A DNA stretch of 64,000 nucleotides, taken from Octopus sinensis (taxonomy: Eukaryota). The stretch's first letter is position 1. Every line of letters begins with the position of its first letter. Position numbers and translations under genes: made by a program. The notes beneath the pieces are model-generated. The model ran no database searches. It saw nothing but the letters and a program-made list of their open reading frames with translations, and was not told the DNA's origin. The stretch is taken from the NCBI RefSeq assembly GCF_006345805.1, contig NC_042997.1, forward strand, positions 192,076,001 through 192,140,000, in the 5' to 3' direction. Shown one piece after another: positions 52,089 to 63,587 of the stretch.

Positions 52089-55000
52089 ATATCTTCTCTC
52101 TCTATATAAACGGCAGTTTGTCTGTGCGTGTTTCTGTGTGTCTCTTTGCTTGTACCCTCACCCTGACCACGGCTTTCAACCGATTCTGATGAAACTTGAC
52201 ACACACATAGCCCAATGTCATAATTCAAAACTAACGCACCGAAAATTTTGAAAAGTTCCCCCAGTTCTGAAAAAAATAGATAAATTCGACATGGGGTCGA
52301 GAATCAGAAACACAAACCGCAAACTGTCTAGGGGACGCAACTCCACCTTTTTTAACTAAAAAAAAATTTACCATCATTTTTTTCCATTTTTTTGTTATTT
52401 TTTGGCTATAACTCTCTAAAAATGCTTTATAGTTATTTCCCTTACAAACCTAAGCAACGCCGGGCGATACTGCTAGTATATATATAAATTAGAAAAACCC
52501 CACCTTTTATCAATTCAACAATGAAAAAATTTAATTGTACCTTATAGAAAAAAATTAAATATAAGATAAAAATATATACCACTTTTTAAGTAATGTATAA
52601 AATAATAAATAAAGTGTATATATTTGGTAAAATGACTACATGTGTTTTGTGGCTATATTTAAGAATATATAGATTGATGTGTGATTATTTTTTTAAAATA
52701 TACCTTTTGTATTTCTTAATTTGTGATATCGACTGATGTTCTGATATTAGGTGGTGCATGGGTCTTCCTATGTATCTGGATTTCATTGTTTTATATTGAT
52801 ACAAGTGTCACCTCTTTGAAATTGTAGGCCAATCAAGATGTTACCCAGCTTGTAGATGTATTACCAACAGCACCGATTAAATGGCGATGGCTACTGAAAA
52901 GACTTGTGGAATTTACCTCTTGTGAGTATCATCCACTCAAGCTTGTTATAATTACAATTGTATATCTTATTATGTTCAGTGATAATATTTATATTGTATA
53001 GGTTCTTATATGCAATGACCAACCTACATGACAGTGTATAAGAGAATTACTATATATGTGTATGTGTGTGTAGTACACAATATAATTGCTTCTCAGATGT
53101 ACTTTTTTGCTTAGAACAGTGCTTTTGATTTCTTTTAATTACTAAAAATTAAATTGCTGGAAATTTGTTGTCTTCAAGGTCGTTGCCAGTGCCACTGGAC
53201 TGGCTCCTGTGCAGGTGGCACATAAAAAACACCATTTGAGCGTGGCCGTTGCCTGTACTGCCTGACTGGCATGTAAAAGCACCCACTATACTCTCGGAGT
53301 GGTTGGCATTAGGAAGGGCATCCAGCTGTAGAAACTCTGCCAGATCAGATTGGAGCAGCCATCTGGCTCGCCAGTCCTCAGTCAAATTGTCCAATCCATG
53401 CCAGCATGGAAAGCGGACGTTAAATGATGATGATCATCATCAACATTTAATGTCTGTTTTCCATGCTGGCATGGGTCGGACAGTTTCACAAGAGCCAGAT
53501 GGAGAACTGCGCTGGGCTCCAATTGTTTGTTGCCCTTCCTAATGCCAGTCACTTTACAGAGTGTACTGAGTGCTTTTTATTTGGCACCAGCACCACTGCT
53601 ATTACATGGAGCCAGCTTTTTACGTGCTTTGTACATGACACCAGCACAGGTGCTTTATATATGGCACTAGCATGGCTGCTTTTTATGTGGCACCAGCATG
53701 GTTGTTTTTTACGTGACATTGGCACAAGTGTTTTTATGCGACACCAGCATGAGTGCTTTTTATGTGGTACCTGTGAGCTCACAAAACAAGGACCTCTTGG
53801 CTGAGAGATGGTCATAAAGGACATGTCTGTATGTATGGATGGCCATGATTTTACTAAGCTTCATCTGGTGCAGCCTTCCAGTGTGCCAGCCCAGACAAAC
53901 TGTCCAACCAATGCCAGCATGGACAACCACTATTAGGGATAAAATTTTCGAAATTTCATTCCTAATAGTGGTTTGGAATTTAACAGTCCTCTCTAGTGTG
54001 CAGGTAGTCCTATGCTAGATGCCTCTTATGTATTTAAATGTACACTGTATTTATATGAATAATATATAGTCTATTGATGAAACTTTTACACGCTAGGCTA
54101 CTGGTAATGGAAATTTTCTAATATTTCAGATTACCCTTTGATATTATTAATTATATATATATACATACATATATATAGCTAAGTTTCTTAAGTGTATATG
54201 TCAGAGATTGTCATATAATAACTGAAATGTTTACATAGCTGTTGTCGAATTTTTACTTAAACTCATAGTTAAAATGTTTTTGTTTTTCTTGTAACTTTTT
54301 ATTGAAATTGCTTAAACAAATTCTTTATCGTTTATATAGTGGGCAGCATATTAATTTTTGTGACAAGGAAAAGCAATGCTGAGGAACTGGTCTCAAATTT
54401 GAAAAGCAAAGATTTTGAAGGTAAAAATTGGAAATAATTTATGTTATTTTCTCCCTTTTTTCTTCTTCTTATGAATGAATTAGTATTTAAAAATCTGATT
54501 GCTATGCAGATAATAAGTGCAGGCATGGCTGTGTGGTTGAGATGTTTGCTTCCCAGCTGCAATGGTTTTGGGTTCAGTCCCCTTATGCAATACCTTGGTC
54601 AAGATTATACGATTGTACCCCCAAAAATGCGGCGAGCTGGCAGGAACGTTAGCACGCCGGGCGTAATGCATAGCCATTTTTCGTCTGCTGTTACATTCTG
54701 AGTTCAAATTCCGCCAAGGTCGACTTTGCCTTTCATCCTTTCGGGGTCGATAAATTAAGTACCAGTTACGCACTGTGGTCGATGTAATCGACTTAATCCG
54801 TTTGTCTGTCCTTGTTTGTCCCCTCTGTGTTTAGCCCCTTGTGGGTAGTAAAGAAATATATACGATTGTAGCCCAAAGCTGACCAAACACACACACACAC
54901 AGACACATACATGTACACACATGGACATACACATAAATATGCATTTTTTTTTTTTAGTTTCATAAAAATGTATTGTACAAATTTTTTAATCTCCTGAATA

Positions 55001-56581
55001 TTTTTTCTAGTTGGGCTTCTGCATGGTGATATGGAACAGGCTGAACGAAACAAAGTCATAACAATGTTTAAGAAGAAGGAAGTTCTAATCTTAGTGGCTA
55101 CTGATGTTGCTTGTAAGTATCAATGGTTATCTGCAATTATTTGTTTGTTATTCTTCATCATCATCATCATTGTTTAACGTCTGCTTTCTATGCTAACATG
55201 GGTTGGACGATTTGACTGAGGACTGGTGAACCAGATGGCTGCACCAGACTCCGATCTGATCTGGCAGAGTTTCTACAGCTGGATGCCCTTCCTAACACCA
55301 ACCATTCAGAGAGTATAGTGGGTGCTTTTATGTGCCACCGGCATGAGGGCCAGTCAGGTGGTATTGGCAACGGCCATGCTGAAATGGTGCTTTTTATGTG
55401 CCATCTGCACAGGAGCCAGTCCAGCGGCACTGGCAACGACCTCGCTCGAATACTTTTTCAAGTGCCACCAGCACAAGTGTCAGTAAGGCAATGCAGGTAA
55501 CGATCATGCATAATGCAGGTAACGATCACAATTGGAAGTTAGAAAGAAGTGAAGCATTACTGGATGCGTAGTGTTAGTCTGCATGAATGATGGGACAGAA
55601 ATGAGTGAAAACTGGGTATAAGTGTAACTATGGTTTGCAAGGGAAGGTGTTGTACTGCTAAGGAAGGATGGTGTGTATGAAGAATGGCAATTGGTAACAA
55701 AAGTGCCAAATAATCCAAGCAGATGGAATCTGTGGAAGAGGAAAATTAAGGAAGGTATGGGAAGAAGGAAGTGATGAGAGCTGGTCTCATGCGGCTGAAT
55801 TTTATCAAGGAGAAGATACAGGACTGAAATAAAAGGTGAGATGCTGTGCTGGAGAAGATCTGTCTCACCAATATATGTTGTTAGAATTGTTCTTATCTCC
55901 TGGTCAGTCCTAATTTAGCAGACTTACAATTAAATGTGTTCCAGCCACGACCATCTCACCTATTTTCTTTGTCATAATACATCCAGGATCACATTAACCA
56001 ATGTGTCCTTCTTTTCCATTATAACATAGTATAATTTTGAGTAAGATTTGGTTGCTGTTTCTAGCAGATTGAACCGGTACATTGAGTAATTTTGAAGGGT
56101 GAATGATTGACTAGCAGCTCAGATAAAGTGAAAGAAGTGAACAAGAAAATAAATATATGTTGATGTGAATATTTTTTTTTCTTTTTGACAGCACGAGGTT
56201 TGGATATTCCCTCAATAAAAACGGTGGTGAACTATGATGTGGCCAGAGATATTGATACTCACACTCATCGTATTGGACGTACTGGTCGAGCAGGTAAGCA
56301 GCAGGACTCGAGGGTGTGCCCAGAGATCTTCACCATCTTTCTTTTTCAGCTGGGGTAGCCATGTATCCTGGGATAGCCCTGTATCTCCTTACAACAAGAC
56401 CTGTTCCTGTTCTTCTATCATATAGGCGCAGGAGTGGCTGTGTAGTAAGAAGCTTGCTTCCCAAGCACATGGTTCTTGGTTCAGTCCCACTGCGTGGCAG
56501 CTTGGGCAAGTGTCTTCTACTATATCTTTGGGTCAACCAAAGTTTTGTGTGTGGATTTGATAGATGGAAACTGAAAGAAGT

Positions 56582-56631
<50 letters not shown>

Positions 56632-59600
56632 ATATGTAAACTTATACAAAAATTCTATAATTATGAGTATAATTAGGTTTTCAGAAAAATTTGCTTCACC
56701 ACATACTGAAATTTAGAAATAGTATTTAAACTTCTATTCTACTACCATAAGATATCTTCCAGACAGCAATACTGTGTATGTATGTATATATATATATATA
56801 TAGGCGCATGGCTCAGTGGTTAGAGCGTCGAGCTTATGGTCGTGAGTTCGAATCCCGGCTGCATGTTGTGTTCTTGAGCAAGACACTTTATTTCACGTTG
56901 CTCCACTTCACTCAGCTGTAGAAATGAGTTGCGACATCACAGGTGCCAAGCTGTATCAGCCTTTGTCTTTCCCTTGGATAACACTGGTGGTGTGTTATTG
57001 CTGAATCTTCTCAAATCTAGGGCCTTGTGCCTATATTTAAAACAATTATTATTAAAATTATTAAAACATGTACATCTATTAGGCAAGTATTTTATGAATA
57101 ATGTTTCTATATTTAAAGCCATTGTTTAGGGAATCAATGGAAATATTTCTGATATATTTTGCAGGAGAGAAAGGTTATGCATACACTTTAGTTAATGAGA
57201 AGGATAAAGATTTTGCTGGACACCTTGTACGAAACCTTGAGAGTTCCAATCAGCATGTACCTCAGAGTTTACTGGATTTAGCTATGCAGGTAACTGACAA
57301 ATAAATCAGTTTGTTCATTGTTTTATTTACTATTCACTTATTTACTGATTTTGAGATTTAACCCTTTAGCATTCAGATTCTTTTGTCAAATATAATGCTT
57401 ATCGTTTTGAATTGAGTATGCATTATCTCATAGCTTTAAAATTTCAATGATGTTAATTTATTTTTAAAAATCTAATGAAAATTGTAGTTATGATACCTGT
57501 GCCGGTGGCATGTAAAAAGCACCATCTGAACTTGGCTGCTGCCAGCACTGCCTGATTGGTGCCCGTGTCGGTGACACGTAAAAAGCATCAACCGATCGTG
57601 GCCATAAAAAGCAACCACTACACTAACAGAGTGGTTGGCATTAGGAAGGGCATCCAGCCGTAGAAACACTGCCAGATCAGACTGGAGCCTGGCACAGCCT
57701 CCTGGCTTCCCAGATCCCGGTCGAACCATCCAACCCATGCTAGCATGGAAAACGGACGTTAAACAATGATGATGATGATGAATGACATTGTAAGGTAGAT
57801 GTAAGAGGCCAGATCTGGCCAATTTCAACCTAAAATAGGTAGCCTATTTCGCCAGATATGGCCAATTTCAACCTAAAATAGGTAGCATATTTGGGCCAGA
57901 TATGGCCAGTTTAGATGCTAATGGGTTAAATATGTGTGTTCTGGTGGTAAAATATTTTGTGCAGTAAATTCCTTCTTTTAAGCATTTTATTTATTTTTTT
58001 AAAATTCCATAAAAATTTTTTTTTTGTGAAAGTACATTTTGTGAGCTTTAGTTAAACATCTGTTTGCACTAAATAGTTGAACTACTTGACTCAAGATAAC
58101 CTATGTTACCCACAAGTGAGAACCTTAGAGAAATTCAGTGAAAGGGATACTGTCACTCTAAATATCCATGCTCTCATGCTGATTCAGTTTGCATTAGTTT
58201 AAGCAGAATGTGAATGGTAACAATCTCACCAGTCTCAGAGAACCTCTGATGACCATGGGTACTGTTTCTTCCTTCAGATACTCAAAGTTAAGTTTTAAAA
58301 TATTTTACTCCAGCCATTGCACTTGTACTTAAAGACCTGGCAAATTATTGGGTTTGTTTAGTTATAAAATAATTGTCCCACCTGCTTCATCATTAAGTGA
58401 CGAATGCTTGAAAAACCATCCATTTATGGAAATATTACTATGTAAGGAAATCGAAATCAAATTCGATGACTGGCATCTGTGCTAGTGGAGTGCTCTAAGC
58501 ACCATCCAAGCATGATCTTTGCCAGAGCAGCAAACTGGCTTCCATGCTGGTGGCACGTAAAAAGTACAATTTGAGTATGATTGTTACCAGCGTCACCTTA
58601 CTGGCACTTGTGCTGGTGGCACGTGAAAAAACATTCGAGCGAGGTTGTTATCAGTGCCGCTGGACTGGCTCCTGTGCAGGTGGCACGTAAAAAACACCAT
58701 TTGAGTGTGGCCGTTGCCAGTACTGCCTGACTGGCCCTCATGCCGGTGGCACATAAAAGCACTCACTCCACTCTCGGAGTGGTTGGCATTAGGAAGGGCA
58801 TCCAGCTGTAGAAACTCTGCCAGATCAAGATTGGAGCCTGGTGCAGCCATCTGGCTCACCAGAAATTCAGTCAAATCGTCCAATGCATGCTAGCATGGAA
58901 AGCGGACGTTAAACGATGATGATGATGTATGAAAATATCCAAATTTGTAAAAGCCATTTCCTGATGTTACTCTCATATAAAAATACAATGCAAATAGACA
59001 TGAATGCTTAAACTTCATGTTGGAAATATATCATTGGTTTTCTTTTTATTTTCTCCATTACAGAATTCTTGGTTTCGGAAAAGTCGTTTCAAGCAAGGGA
59101 AGGGTAAAAAAGTGAACACTATGGGTAAAGTTTTTGGATATCGGGAACGACCTGGATTAGGGGCAGAAAATGTAAGTTCAAGGCTTCATCATGCCATCTT
59201 TTTACCTACATGTCTTGTGTTGTTTTTTGTAAATTTTACCTGTCATTGTAAATGCCTTATGAAAGTGTAAGTTGAAGTGTAATGTGTTAAGTGAGGGGTT
59301 TTACTAAAGCAGAACAAATTAATATAATTTATTTGTATCATGTATCATCCAATATATGAACAATAGGGTTGTTGGTTTTAAGCTTGCAATGAACCAGTTG
59401 CTGGTTCATTGTGATCTTGATGGTGAAAGTGATGAGGTAGTATCTGTGCAACTTAGGACCAATAAATACCACTAGGTATTTCAGTTTCCTGCATTATTAC
59501 TTATGACAATTTTCTCAGCAATATGTATGTCTTTCACTGATAGACAACACACACACACACACAGTGGGCTTCTTTTTGTGTCCCATCTATCAAATCATTT

Positions 59601-59720
59601 CACTAGGCTTTGGTTGACCCAGCTCTAGTAAAAGATGATTGCTCACAAGTGAGAATGAACCCAGAACCATGTTGTTGGAAAGCAAACATCTTAACCACAA
59701 ACCCATACATGTGTGTGTGT

Positions 59721-59759
<39 letters not shown>

Positions 59760-61116
59760 AAGGCATGTAGCTTAGTGGTTAGGACATTCCACTCATGATC
59801 ATAAGGTAGTAAGTTCAATTCCCAGTGATGTGTTGTGTCCTTGAGCAAGACACTTTATTTCCTGTTACTCCAGTCCACTCAGCTGGCAATAATGAGTAGT
59901 ACCTGTATTTCAAAAGGCCAGCCTTGTCACACTCTGTTTCACGCTAAATCTCCCTGAGAACTATGTTAGGGGTACTCATGTCTGTGGAGTGCTCAGCCAT
60001 TTGCACGTTAATTTCATGAGCAAGCTGTTCCATTGATCATATCAGCTGGGACCCTCATCGTCATAATCGACAGACTGCTCCTTCATATATATATATATAT
60101 ATATTATGATGGGTAGAAAAATACAAACTGAGACAAGAACGCATAAAAACTAAGACGATACAACAAACACAGACAGGACATTCAAAGCCCTCAGTCTTCA
60201 GTCAAGAACCGGATCATCGTAGTGATTTCGGCTGATTATATATATAAAGACCTTCTCACCATTTTCTAAGATAAAAAGAGGCCAATGACAACATATTTAA
60301 ATACATGGGCTTCTGTACAGTCTCCGTCTACAAAATCTCACTCTCAGATTATTGGTCAACACGATTTCAAAACTCTGGCAGAATATGTGATGTGTAAATG
60401 CATATGGGTTAAGGGTGTTTTGACACAGGCAATTTGGTTCTTAGTGATTGAGCGCCAGGGATTCTATACAAAACCCCCATTTGGTAAAGGATGTTTTGAT
60501 ATTTTGTTTATATTCTACATATAAAATGATTTTCATTTGCTGGACGTAGACCACAGTATAAGGTATAGAGATGCTCAGAATTACTAAATGAAAAACTAAA
60601 GAAGCTGTTTCGCTGTATTAGAAGGAAATAATCTTGTTTTAGTCTTAATAACAATCTTTCTCAGTGTAGTGATGTCATGGCAAGGGAGATAACTCCATAT
60701 TTTAACATTTATTTCCAAACATTTTAATATTTGTCTGTCTGTCTCTCTCTCTCCCTGTGTTTGTGTGTGCTTTCAGCACCACATCGTTCATTGCCATAAT
60801 AGCTTTACCAAAACCTCTGCATCCAATCGTCGTATTTCGTTGCATTTGCTACAACACTTACACTAATATTTCTCATCAGGTCATGAACTACACGCAATCT
60901 TATTATCCTTTCATTTCAAACCTAAGGCTTTTTGCTTACACTTTTACTTGTTTCAGTCACTTGATTGCGGCCATGTCTTTAGTCGAGCAAATCGATCCCA
61001 GGACTTATTCTTTGTAAGCCTAGTACTTATCCTATCGGTCTCTTTTGCCGAACTGCTGCGTCACGGGGACGTAAATACACCAACATTGGTTGTCAAGTGA
61101 TAGTGGCAAGGGACAA

Positions 61117-61168
<52 letters not shown>

Positions 61169-63587
61169 GACAGGCTTTTCCCATTTTCCCTCAACCAAGT
61201 CCAATCACAAGGCTTTGGTCGGCCTGAGGTTATAGCAGAAGACACTTGCCCAAGATGCCATGCAGTGGGACTGAACAATGAACCATGTGGTTGGGAAGGA
61301 AGCTTCTTATCACACAGCCACTCCTGCCCTATGTAAATATTGTGTCAATAAATGATAATAATAATATTTCTACTCCAGGCACAAGGCCTGAAATTTTGAG
61401 GAGTGGGATAGTTGATTATATTGACCCCGTACTTATTTTATTATTGACTCTGAAAGAACGAAAGGCAAAGTTGACCCTGGTGGAATTTGAACTCAGAATG
61501 CAATGACTGCCAAGTAAAATATAGCCAAGCATTTTTGACTGATGTGCTAACGATTCTGCCAGCTTACTGCCTTAATAATAATGATAATATTCTTTTCTAC
61601 CAAAGGCACAAGGCCTGAAATTTTGGGTGAGAGGGGACTAATTGATAACATTGACCCCCAGTACTTAACTGGTACTTATTTTATTGACCCTGAAAGGATG
61701 ACTGGCAAAGTCGACCTCGGTGGAATTTGAACTCAGAATGTAGCGACGGGTGAAATACCACTATGCTTTTCGTCCAGCGTGCTAATGATTCTGCCAGCTC
61801 ACCGCCTTAATAATAATAATAATAATAATAATAATGGTTTCAAATTTTGCCACAAGAGCAGAAATTTTGTGGGAGGGGATGTGTCGATTACATTAACCCC
61901 AGGGTTTACCTGGTACTTATTTCATCCACCTTTAGAGGATGAAAGGTAAAGTCAACCTCGGCGGAATTTGAACTTAGAATGTACCAATGGACGAAATACC
62001 TATTTCTTTACTACCCACAAGGGGCTAAACACAGAGGAGACAAACAAGGACAGACAAAGGGATTAAGTTGATTACATCGATCCCAGTGCGTAACTAGTAC
62101 TTAATTTATCGACCCTGAAAGGATGAAAGGCAAAGTCAACCTTGGCGGAATTTGAACTCAGAACGTAACGGCAGACGAAATATGGCTATGCATTTCGCCC
62201 GGTGTGCTAACGTTCTGCAAGCTTGCCATCTTATATAATAGTAATAAAGAGCTGTATAACATTTAACTGATGAGTCAGCACAGTTATAGATGTACATCTG
62301 ATATGTATTAGAAGCTATATAGGTTGTCTGCTACCCATGTGTTCTTCACTAAGAAGTTTACAATAAATTGTCTATTTTTATATATATCAAAGCAGGGAGT
62401 ATTTGTATGGTTATGTGACCTGCTAGAAATAGCAGGGAAATTGTTAAATCGTAATCTTTCTTTAACAATGGACATATAGCATAACACTGTCTGAAAGTCA
62501 AATGGGATCTAATATAGCAGTGTGTGTGTTCTCCTTTCTTTTTTGACTAGGGTACTAAGCCATGTATCTCCTCTACAGCAAGACACCTGTTTTTTGTTAT
62601 ACTCTGACCTATTGATCAACTGTCACCAAGCCACCTCCCTCTATACTACTGGGGGGGTGGGTGGGGTGAGTTTCTTGGTGACCTCACTAGTACTGGTGTT
62701 TGTGTAGAAGGCACCCAGTACACTCTGTATAAAAGATTGGTGTTAGGGAAGGCATCCAGCCATAGAAACCATACTGAAGCTGGCATTGCAGCTGAGTGCA
62801 GTTGTCTGACTCACCAACTCATGTGAAACCATTCAACTCATGCTAGCATAGAAAAACAGACATTAAATCAAAATCAAATTTGATGACTGGCATCCGTGCT
62901 AGAGGGGTGCAAAGAACACCATACGAGTGTGATCATTGACACAGTGGCTAACCGGCTTCCGTACCAGTGGCACTTAAAAGGCACCATTCGAGCATAATTG
63001 TTACCAGCGTTGCCTTACTGGCATTCGAGCCCCGTGCTAGTAGGGTATTAAGAGCACCATCTGAGCGTGATCATTGCCAGAGCGGTTATCTGGCCTCTGT
63101 GCTAGTGGCACGTAAAATACACCATTTGAGCGTGATCGTTACCAGCATTGCCTCACTGGCACCTGTGCCGGTGGCATGTGTAAAAGATTCGAGCAAGGTC
63201 GTTGCCAGTACTGCCTGACTGACCTCGTGCCAGTGGCACGTAAAAGCACCCACCACATTCTCAGAGTGATTGGCGTTAGGAAGGGCATCCAGTTGTAGAA
63301 ACTCTGCCAGATCAAGATTGAAGCCTGGTGCAGCCATCTGGTTCGCCAGCCCTCAGTCATTCGTCCAACCCATGCTAGCATGGAAAGCAGACGTTAAACG
63401 ATGATGATGATTAATTGTTCTATTTTCAGTTAATATTGTTAACATTGATTTTTTTTCTCTCTCTCAGAGTTCTTCAGTGCAGGAATCGAGTTTCAGCGGT
63501 TTTAGACCTGCAACATCAACTGCTTCATTAGCCCTGTCTTCTAGGCCACAGAGTGACCGGTTGGCAGCCATAAAGTCAGCATTTGCT
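21122..63587 (+). CDS. DDX42: ATP-dependent RNA helicase DDX42 (SF3b125), multi-exon gene, 3' end beyond window
   Basis: 20 GT-AG exons join in frame with consistent phases (2163 nt, 721 codons). Motifs: Q motif [46 protein letters not shown]42-specific flanks: [55 protein letters not shown]. Confidence 0.97.
21530..21715 (-). mobile_element. RTE-like LINE 3' end fragment
   Basis: [27 protein letters not shown] resembles the RTE C-terminal W..D....A.DR..WR motif. Confidence 0.55.
24880..25315. repeat. Minisatellite, about 36-nt unit, about 12 copies (tactatttatatggggtgtatatatattcatgtata)
   Basis: Visible tandem units; the ORF track repeats [12 protein letters not shown]. Confidence 0.9.
26181..26397 (+). 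CDS. DDX42: DDX42 coding exon 2 ([22 protein letters not shown]...KSEE)
   Basis: Poly-T acceptor TTACAG, donor GTAAGT; resembles vertebrate N-terminus NKGG..RGFGFGGF. Confidence 0.92.
29829..29967 (+). CDS. DDX42: DDX42 coding exon 3 ([21 protein letters not shown]...[12 protein letters not shown])
   Basis: CCACAG acceptor, GAG|GTAAGT donor, phase 2 to 0. Confidence 0.95.
30800..31130. repeat. (TA)n/(ATGCAC) compound microsatellite
   Basis: Direct reading. Confidence 0.9.
31505..31560 (+). CDS. DDX42: DDX42 coding exon 4 ([19 protein letters not shown])
   Basis: TTTCAG acceptor, GTAAGT donor; phase 0 to 2 bridges exons 3 and 5. Confidence 0.88.
31854..32007 (+). CDS. DDX42: DDX42 coding exon 5 ([26 protein letters not shown]...PEKMK)
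   Basis: TTACAG acceptor, AAG|GTAATT donor, strong DDX42 similarity. Confidence 0.96.
33010..33370 (-). mobile_element. RTE-clade LINE 3' fragment
   Basis: [31 protein letters not shown]....[18 protein letters not shown] is a typical RTE C-terminus. Confidence 0.8.
34784..35152 (-). mobile_element. Non-autonomous Helitron
   Basis: 5' TC, subterminal GC hairpin (gagcaacgccaggcg), 3' CTAG, inserted between A and T with no TSD. Confidence 0.8.
35218..35358 (+). CDS. DDX42: DDX42 coding exon 6 ([28 protein letters not shown]...LGIK)
   Basis: CTCAG acceptor, GTAAGT donor, 47 codons. Confidence 0.96.
36115..36338 (-). mobile_element. tRNA-derived SINE with a hammerhead-like 3' module
   Basis: Head GGCATAGTGGTTAAG (A box) ... 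GAGTTTGATTCC (B box), followed by ACAC-CTGAAGA-A-GGCTG(10 nt loop)CAGCC-GAAAC-GTG. Confidence 0.7.
36696..36815 (+). CDS. DDX42: DDX42 coding exon 7 (Q motif ...[12 protein letters not shown])
   Basis: TTTCAG acceptor, CAG|GTAAGT donor, 40 codons. Confidence 0.97.
36943..37050 (+). CDS. DDX42: DDX42 coding exon 8 (Walker A, AKTGSGKT)
   Basis: TTTAG acceptor, CAG|GTAAGA donor, 36 codons. Confidence 0.97.
37094..37709. repeat. Exact tandem duplication, period 322 bp
   Basis: 37094-37387 and 37416-37709 read identical and are separated and flanked by (TTA)n. Confidence 0.9.
38216..38284 (+). CDS. DDX42: DDX42 coding exon 9 ([23 protein letters not shown])
   Basis: CACAG acceptor, GTAAGT donor, motif Ia. 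Confidence 0.97.
39051..39179 (+). CDS. DDX42: DDX42 coding exon 10 ([13 protein letters not shown]...GG...VIVATP)
   Basis: GTTAG acceptor, GTGAGT donor, 43 codons. Confidence 0.97.
39499..39533 (+). ncRNA. Minimal hammerhead-ribozyme-like motif in the 5' pLTR
   Basis: GTTT-CCGACGA-A-GAGC(tcc)GCTC-GAAAC-ATT-AAAC: core boxes, stem II and stem I (GTTT/AAAC). U4 is C and the stem III palindrome is broken. Confidence 0.6.
39630..41572 (+). pseudogene. PLE RT-GIY-YIG ORF broken by three 1-nt frameshifts (about 39955, 40112, 40990); 5'-truncated
   Basis: Overlapping ORFs 39600-40049, 39806-40255, 40239-41330 and 41318-41572 join into one frame with no internal stops. Stop TGA at 41570-41572. Confidence 0.85.
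41605..43900. repeat. Long degenerate (CA)/(CATA) array inside the PLE 3' region, with GC-rich islands
   Basis: About 2.3 kb C/A-rich tract interrupted at about 41965-42175 and 43325-43530. Confidence 0.9.
44091..44125 (+). ncRNA. Minimal hammerhead-ribozyme-like motif in the 3' pLTR
   Basis: GTTT-CCGACGA-A-GAGC(tcc)GCTC-GAAAC-GTC-ATAC: palindromic ACGT stem III and GUC cleavage triplet. U4 is C. Confidence 0.65.
46205..46304 (+). CDS. DDX42: DDX42 coding exon 11 (GRLID...[12 protein letters not shown])
   Basis: TCTAG acceptor, G|GTAAGT donor, DEAD box. Confidence 0.98.
47174..47732 (-). mobile_element. About 560 bp interspersed repeat flanked by (ATT)n; truncated copies at 37094-37387 and 37416-37709
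   Basis: Direct sequence similarity among the three copies; (AAT)n tail on the minus strand. Confidence 0.75.
48053..48100 (+). CDS. DDX42: DDX42 coding exon 12 ([16 protein letters not shown])
   Basis: TTCAG acceptor, GTAAGT donor, phase 1 to 1. Confidence 0.96.
49330..49790 (-). mobile_element. CR1-type LINE 3' fragment
   Basis: [22 protein letters not shown]...[14 protein letters not shown]....[15 protein letters not shown] are CR1/L2 C-terminal motifs. Confidence 0.75.
49891..49988 (+). CDS. DDX42: DDX42 coding exon 13 ([33 protein letters not shown])
   Basis: TTTCAG acceptor, GAG|GTACGT donor, SAT motif. Confidence 0.97.
50640..50910 (-). mobile_element. Possible HERO-like (R2 superfamily) LINE 3' end
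   Basis: [12 protein letters not shown] resembles the HERO C-terminal AAE.AS.WLW motif; short. Confidence 0.4.
52092..52476 (+). mobile_element. Non-autonomous Helitron
   Basis: A|TC 5' end and ...aagcaacgccgggcgatactgCTAG|T 3' end, shared with the 34784 element. Confidence 0.8.
52828..52921 (+). CDS. DDX42: DDX42 coding exon 14 ([12 protein letters not shown]...RLVEFTS)
   Basis: TGTAG acceptor, GTGAGT donor. Confidence 0.96.
54340..54420 (+). CDS. DDX42: DDX42 coding exon 15 ([17 protein letters not shown]...DFE)
   Basis: ATATAG acceptor, G|GTAAAA donor, motif IV. Confidence 0.95.
54625..54857 (+). mobile_element. tRNA-derived SINE (representative)
   Basis: gcgagctggcag..gttagcacgccgggcg...ctgagttcaaattccgccRaggtcgactttgcc...gtagtaaagaaat. 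Other copies near 9087, 9290, 18880, 19410(-), 46345, 46940 and 61370-62230(-). Confidence 0.85.
55011..55112 (+). CDS. DDX42: DDX42 coding exon 16 ([16 protein letters not shown]...LVATDVA)
   Basis: TTCTAG acceptor, GTAAGT donor. Confidence 0.97.
55520..55875 (+). mobile_element. Decayed RTE LINE 3' fragment
   Basis: Degenerate RWM.SVSL.E, EKLGI, CGRG....VWEE, DR..W motif remnants across frameshifts. Confidence 0.5.
56192..56293 (+). CDS. DDX42: DDX42 coding exon 17 ([10 protein letters not shown]...HRIGRTGRA)
   Basis: GACAG acceptor, G|GTAAGC donor, motifs V and VI. Confidence 0.98.
57165..57289 (+). CDS. DDX42: DDX42 coding exon 18 ([10 protein letters not shown]...LLDLAMQ)
   Basis: TGCAG acceptor, CAG|GTAACT donor. 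Confidence 0.97.
59064..59171 (+). CDS. DDX42: DDX42 coding exon 19 ([16 protein letters not shown]...[12 protein letters not shown])
   Basis: TACAG acceptor, GTAAGT donor, 36 codons. Confidence 0.97.
63468..63587 (+). CDS. DDX42: DDX42 coding exon 20 (...[12 protein letters not shown]); not terminal
   Basis: CTCAG acceptor, GTAAGT donor; resembles vertebrate DRLTAMKAAF. No stop codon, so the gene continues past 64000. Confidence 0.93.

Noticed and set aside
56192-56200. ATDVASRGLD instead of ATDVAARGLD in motif V
   Set aside because: This is a common variant among DEAD-box helicases.
59387-59411. 11-bp hairpin caatgaaccag-ttg-ctggttcattg
   Set aside because: Too short and isolated to support a function; not a bacterial terminator in this eukaryotic intron.
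60195-60240. Possible hammerhead on the minus strand (cagccGAAAt...CTGAAGA)
   Set aside because: Stems I and II could not be closed and the motif is cut by (TA)n.
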